Part shown: positions 60,251 to 64,000 of the stretch, in pieces
How the letters are laid out: each line of letters starts with the position of its first letter
Numbering within the stretch: the stretch's first letter is position 1
DNA from: Selaginella moellendorffii
Lineage: Eukaryota > Plantae > Lycopodiophyta
Direction: 5' to 3'
Assembly: GCF_000143415.4 (NCBI RefSeq)
Contig: NW_003314270.1
Coordinates: 310,001 to 374,000, forward strand
Length of the DNA: 64,000 nucleotides
Notes under the pieces: generated by a model
Database searches by the model: none
The model's input: the letters and a program-made list of their open reading frames with translations, nothing else
What the model was told of the DNA's origin: nothing
Program-made: the position numbers and the translations under genes

Positions 60251-62681
60251 CCCTGTGTCACCAGCTTCAAGGAAATTCCCGGCAGCGAAGAATGCAGCTG
60301 GATTTGCCAAGAAAAGTATAAGTGAAGTATGTGCCTGCCTTGATTGACAAAAAAAAAACAAACAAAAAGGGAGAATTGGAGAAGAAGATGAGCAAGTTCT
60401 CAAGGAATCTTTTAAATGGATAGAGAAAATATGAGCAAGAATGCTCTCTCTCTTTCCCTCTTTGCCTCTCTCCTCTCCTTGTCACACACTCTTTTCTTGT
60501 GGAGAACTTTAGAAGCACTCCCTATATACGCAAGGCCCAGAGCTTTGTGGAATTGTTATTTTAGCATAACTTGCTACCAAACAAATGGAGGCTCTACACC
60601 AGTAAATGCACTGGGAATCTAGCTGAAGAAAGAAGCAAGGAAGAAGAACTCTCTTATATCAACAATCACTATAACACTGAATCCACAACGCGGAACTGTC
60701 CAACTCCTCGCAGTAGTAGTGAAGTGAGGGGTTTTTTCTTTTCTTTAAAGCTTTTGAAAATGCATACATTAGTTTGTCACTGTGTTGATGTCAGTGCCAA
60801 GAATTGCTAGAGAAAAGGCCATGCTGACTTATGGCTAAGCTAAGTTAAAGGTTGTGTCGTATGTGTCGGTGTTTAGAGTGTTTGAACTCTCGTCCGTGGC
60901 CAGTTGTAAGAAATCCAAGCCCAAACCAAAAACGCCGATTATTTTACGTAAACACGTGCAAAACAACGCGCCACCTTTTGCAATGATCATCGCCATAATA
61001 CAATGTTTAAGATCTTAGGTTCGGGCAATGGAGAGGATTGAGTGAGATGTTGCAACTGTAAAACTAAAGCAAACAAACCCTTAGAAAAGTGCTTTAAGTA
61101 GATATATAAATGTTTTTCTCTTTTTCTTCAACTTGCTAGCCGGACAGCCAATCATCGAACAACCACGAGCAAGAAATTTCACATTTATTCTCCTTCAGAG
61201 GAATAAGGTGATGTAAGGAAAAATCTCTGATCTCTGCCACTCTTTGGCATCATCGTATTTCATTTGTTCGGACCGTAGGCAGGTTCTCAATAAACAGGAG
61301 CCTAAGTCTTTCCATGTTTCTTTTTCTCGCGGCTCAACACTTGGCACACAATTTAATTTGATTCCTCCACCAGGCATCACTGGATTTCACTTCACTCCCT
61401 CCTCCGAAGTGCAACCATGAGTCACTCATCAATTTCAATCACTTCGGACAGATAATATCATGGCTTGGAATATATCTAGGCACACTCTTGTCAAAACCAC
61501 CATGATTTCTACTTGTTCCAACGCTTTCTTTTCCAGTAGTGTGATCTCATGTAAGTTCAAAAACATGTAATAATTAATATATTTGGAAGGCCCTGCTCGA
61601 ATATTTAAAGTACCAACTTTTAAATATTTAATATTTCCATGTTAAACCCAGTAGTGGTGTAGCAAGAGCATGGCAGTAGCAGCAGCAATGGTTTGTGCAT
61701 CAGGGGGCCCTTTGGGATTCAGTCCAGTCCGCCTGGAAAGCAAGAATAAAGACCACATGTCATGCTAGAACATAATATTTTGGAAAAAGAGAGAACAAAT
61801 ATATAAAGCCAGAGAAACAAGCAACGAGAGGAGCTCTACGTGTGTCGTGGGCCTTCCAACCAAATTGAATGGAGCTTTCATGTTGATTCCCCCTACCACC
61901 TTGCAGCTTATTATTTTCCACAAGTCTGAATTTAGAGCGATCCAATGTATACATGGTTCCATACATTAACGTTTACTAACTATATATGGGTAAAAGTTGC
62001 TCCATTTACAATTTTATTCTCGGATTCGGCGGTCACCTCAAAAAAAAGGGTGAAAAAAAGCAAAATAACATGTATATGTCGTTTTGTGTCTGTTTGTTGT
62101 GTGGATCTTTATGCAGGAAGTCACATGGCTTTTTCTTGCATATTTATGAAAGCAGCAGCTCTTGCCCGAAGGATTTCTCTGGAAACCCTGATATTGATAT
62201 CGGTGGCTATAGTCCGGGACACGGGTCGTTAGTTTGGGGATCCATCCACCAAAGTATGCCAAAGGCTGCAGCTGGAATCCAACTATAACAAAAAGTGCAG
62301 CGAGATCTTTCGAAGGTGTACACAACCATTCCAGAATTGTTGGCTTATCAAAGTCAATGAAAAAACTATATGTGTTGCTTCATCAAATATAACTATATCA
62401 TTGTGTTTTCATGACAAGAAACTAGACACTAGGTAATATTTTATTGTCAAGACCCAGTCTTCTCACTTGGTGGGCCTCAAAATCATGTATTATTATCGAA
62501 AAAGGTGGAGAAAAACACTTTCGGGTGTGACGGTGATCCAAAAGACAAAAAATATGATACTAGAAATTCTTTTAAAATGATTTTGTGACATTCTAAAAGA
62601 TGATTTTGTGACAGTCAGACAAGTCAACTCCTTGGACTAAAAGTCAAATTCTAAAAGTCAACTCCTGAAAAAAATGGGTTG

Positions 62682-64000
62682 ATGGACGTGGTGGCAAGTT
62701 GCGAGCAATGGAATCGCCACGACACCATTCGCGCCATTGAATCGTGCAGGAGCTTAACAAGGGCTCTCGGCATCCACAGCCGCATCCCCAGAGATGCCAC
62801 TGACGTGTTCATCAGCAACAAGCTCGTGGACATGTATGGCAAATGTGCCGGCGGGATCGCCCATGCCAGGGCGGTCTTTGATTCCATGCCCGCCAGAGAT
62901 TCCTACTCTTGGGTCTCGATGCTCTCGGCATATGCCCGTTCTGGGAATCTGGATCTTGCCAAGTCCGTGTTTGATTCCATGCCGGATCTCAACACTGTTG
63001 CTCACAATTCCATGCTTGCTGCTTACTTACATAGTGGAGATCTTGATAGTGCAAAGAAATTCTTCGATTCAATGCCAAGAAAGGATGTGGTTTCTTGGAC
63101 GACTATTCTTGCAGCACATGCCCAATCAGGGGATGTTTTTCAGACAAAGGTTTTATTTGACTCAATGCCCTTCCACGATCTAGTCGCTATGAACGCAATG
63201 CTAAGCTCATACACACTAAATTCTCGAATGCATGAGGCTGAAATATTTTTCTCAAAAATGCCCGAAAAAGATTTAATCTCGTGGAATGCACTTGCGACTG
63301 GGTTTGCCCAGACCCGGCAAATTGACCGAGCTAGTCGGATCTTTGAATCGCTGCCTCTCTTGGACCTCGTCTCTTTTAATTCCATGCTATCGTCACTTGC
63401 CCAGGGCGGAAATTTGGAGCGCGCAGAAGTTTTTCTTGCACGAGTTCCAGAGTTGTGTTTGATCTCCTGCAATGCTATGGTTGCGGCATATGCCCAGTTC
63501 GGGCATCAAGAAGAATCAAAGAAGTTTTTTGATTCAATGCTACAGAGGGATCTTATCTCGTGGAATGCCCTTCTTGGAGCATACACTGAAGCTGGTCATT
63601 TAACTCAGGCTACTCGAGTTTACAGTTTAATGCCACAGCACGACCTCATTTCGTGGACGGCCATGATTGAGGCATATGCCCACAATGGGCATATGGACAG
63701 GGCTAGGGCGCTGTACGACTCTATGCCGCAGCGGGACATGGTGTCGGCCACTGCCATGGTGGCATTGTACGGACAAGCTGGATATCTGAAAGATTCTGTC
63801 GCTGTTTTTGAAAGTATGCCCAGCCATGACTTATTCTCGTCAAATGCGATGCTCTCGGCCTATGCCCAGAACGAGCATATGAAGGAGGCGAAGCTCATCT
63901 TTGAGAAGATTCCATATCCCGATATGGTATCTTTTAATTCTATGGTTTCTGGTCTTGCGCAGAATGGCCATCTTGAAGAGGCGAAACAGCTTTTCGAATG
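62682..64000 (+). CDS. PLS/SS-rich PPR protein, 5' part (runs off the window)
   Basis: ATG 62682: MDVVASCEQW...DVFISNKLVDMYGKC...ARAVFDSMPARDSYSW, with repeats continuing to the edge; absent from the ORF track, consistent with no stop inside the window. Confidence 0.9.
   Translation, partial: MDVVASCEQWNRHDTIRAIESCRSLTRALGIHSRIPRDATDVFISNKLVDMYGKCAGGIAHARAVFDSMPARDSYSWVSMLSAYARSGNLDLAKSVFDSMPDLNTVAHNSMLAAYLHSGDLDSAKKFFDSMPRKDVVSWTTILAAHAQSGDVFQTKVLFDSMPFHDLVAMNAMLSSYTLNSRMHEAEIFFSKMPEKDLISWNALATGFAQTRQIDRASRIFESLPLLDLVSFNSMLSSLAQGGNLERAEVFLARVPELCLISCNAMVAAYAQFGHQEESKKFFDSMLQRDLISWNALLGAYTEAGHLTQATRVYSLMPQHDLISWTAMIEAYAHNGHMDRARALYDSMPQRDMVSATAMVALYGQAGYLKDSVAVFESMPSHDLFSSNAMLSAYAQNEHMKEAKLIFEKIPYPDMVSFNSMVSGLAQNGHLEEAKQLFE

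Noticed and set aside
61190-62330. Short ORFs including a transit-peptide-like MAVAAAMVCASGG at about 61670
   Set aside because: No consistent splice model or motif could be built.
1-64000. CRISPR arrays, rRNA, tRNA or prokaryotic operons
   Set aside because: None seen; periodicity comes from PPR motifs and the DNA is intron-containing plant sequence.

Overview
Compact, gene-dense eukaryotic plant nuclear DNA with very short (about 45-80 nt) GT-AG introns and many intronless PLS/SS-type PPR genes; the style fits a lycophyte such as Selaginella (inference). Left part (0.8-16.7 kb): a rearranged zone with a Ty3/gypsy relic, an inverted pair of F-box genes, an inverted pair of PPR pseudogenes, an APE-endonuclease relic, and scrambled DNA-level copies of two nearby genes (Pol theta and a DYW-PPR). 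Middle (17-35 kb): intact methylesterase with a signal peptide, Pol theta/TEBICHI, DYW-PPR, AMP deaminase and an NPF transporter. 35.1-56.0 kb: a head-to-tail duplication of about 10-11 kb. Each unit holds an orphan 652-aa ectodomain plus 3-TM gene, a PPR, a UGT, a class II PRPP synthase broken by an internal inversion, and a second PPR; the PPRs were lost reciprocally. Right end: an intronless microbial-type beta-propeller lactonase (HGT candidate), a CYP735-like clan-72 P450, and a PPR running off the window. Several rearrangement junctions show microhomology or templated filler typical of Pol theta end joining. All identities and coordinates were obtained by eye; no searches were run.
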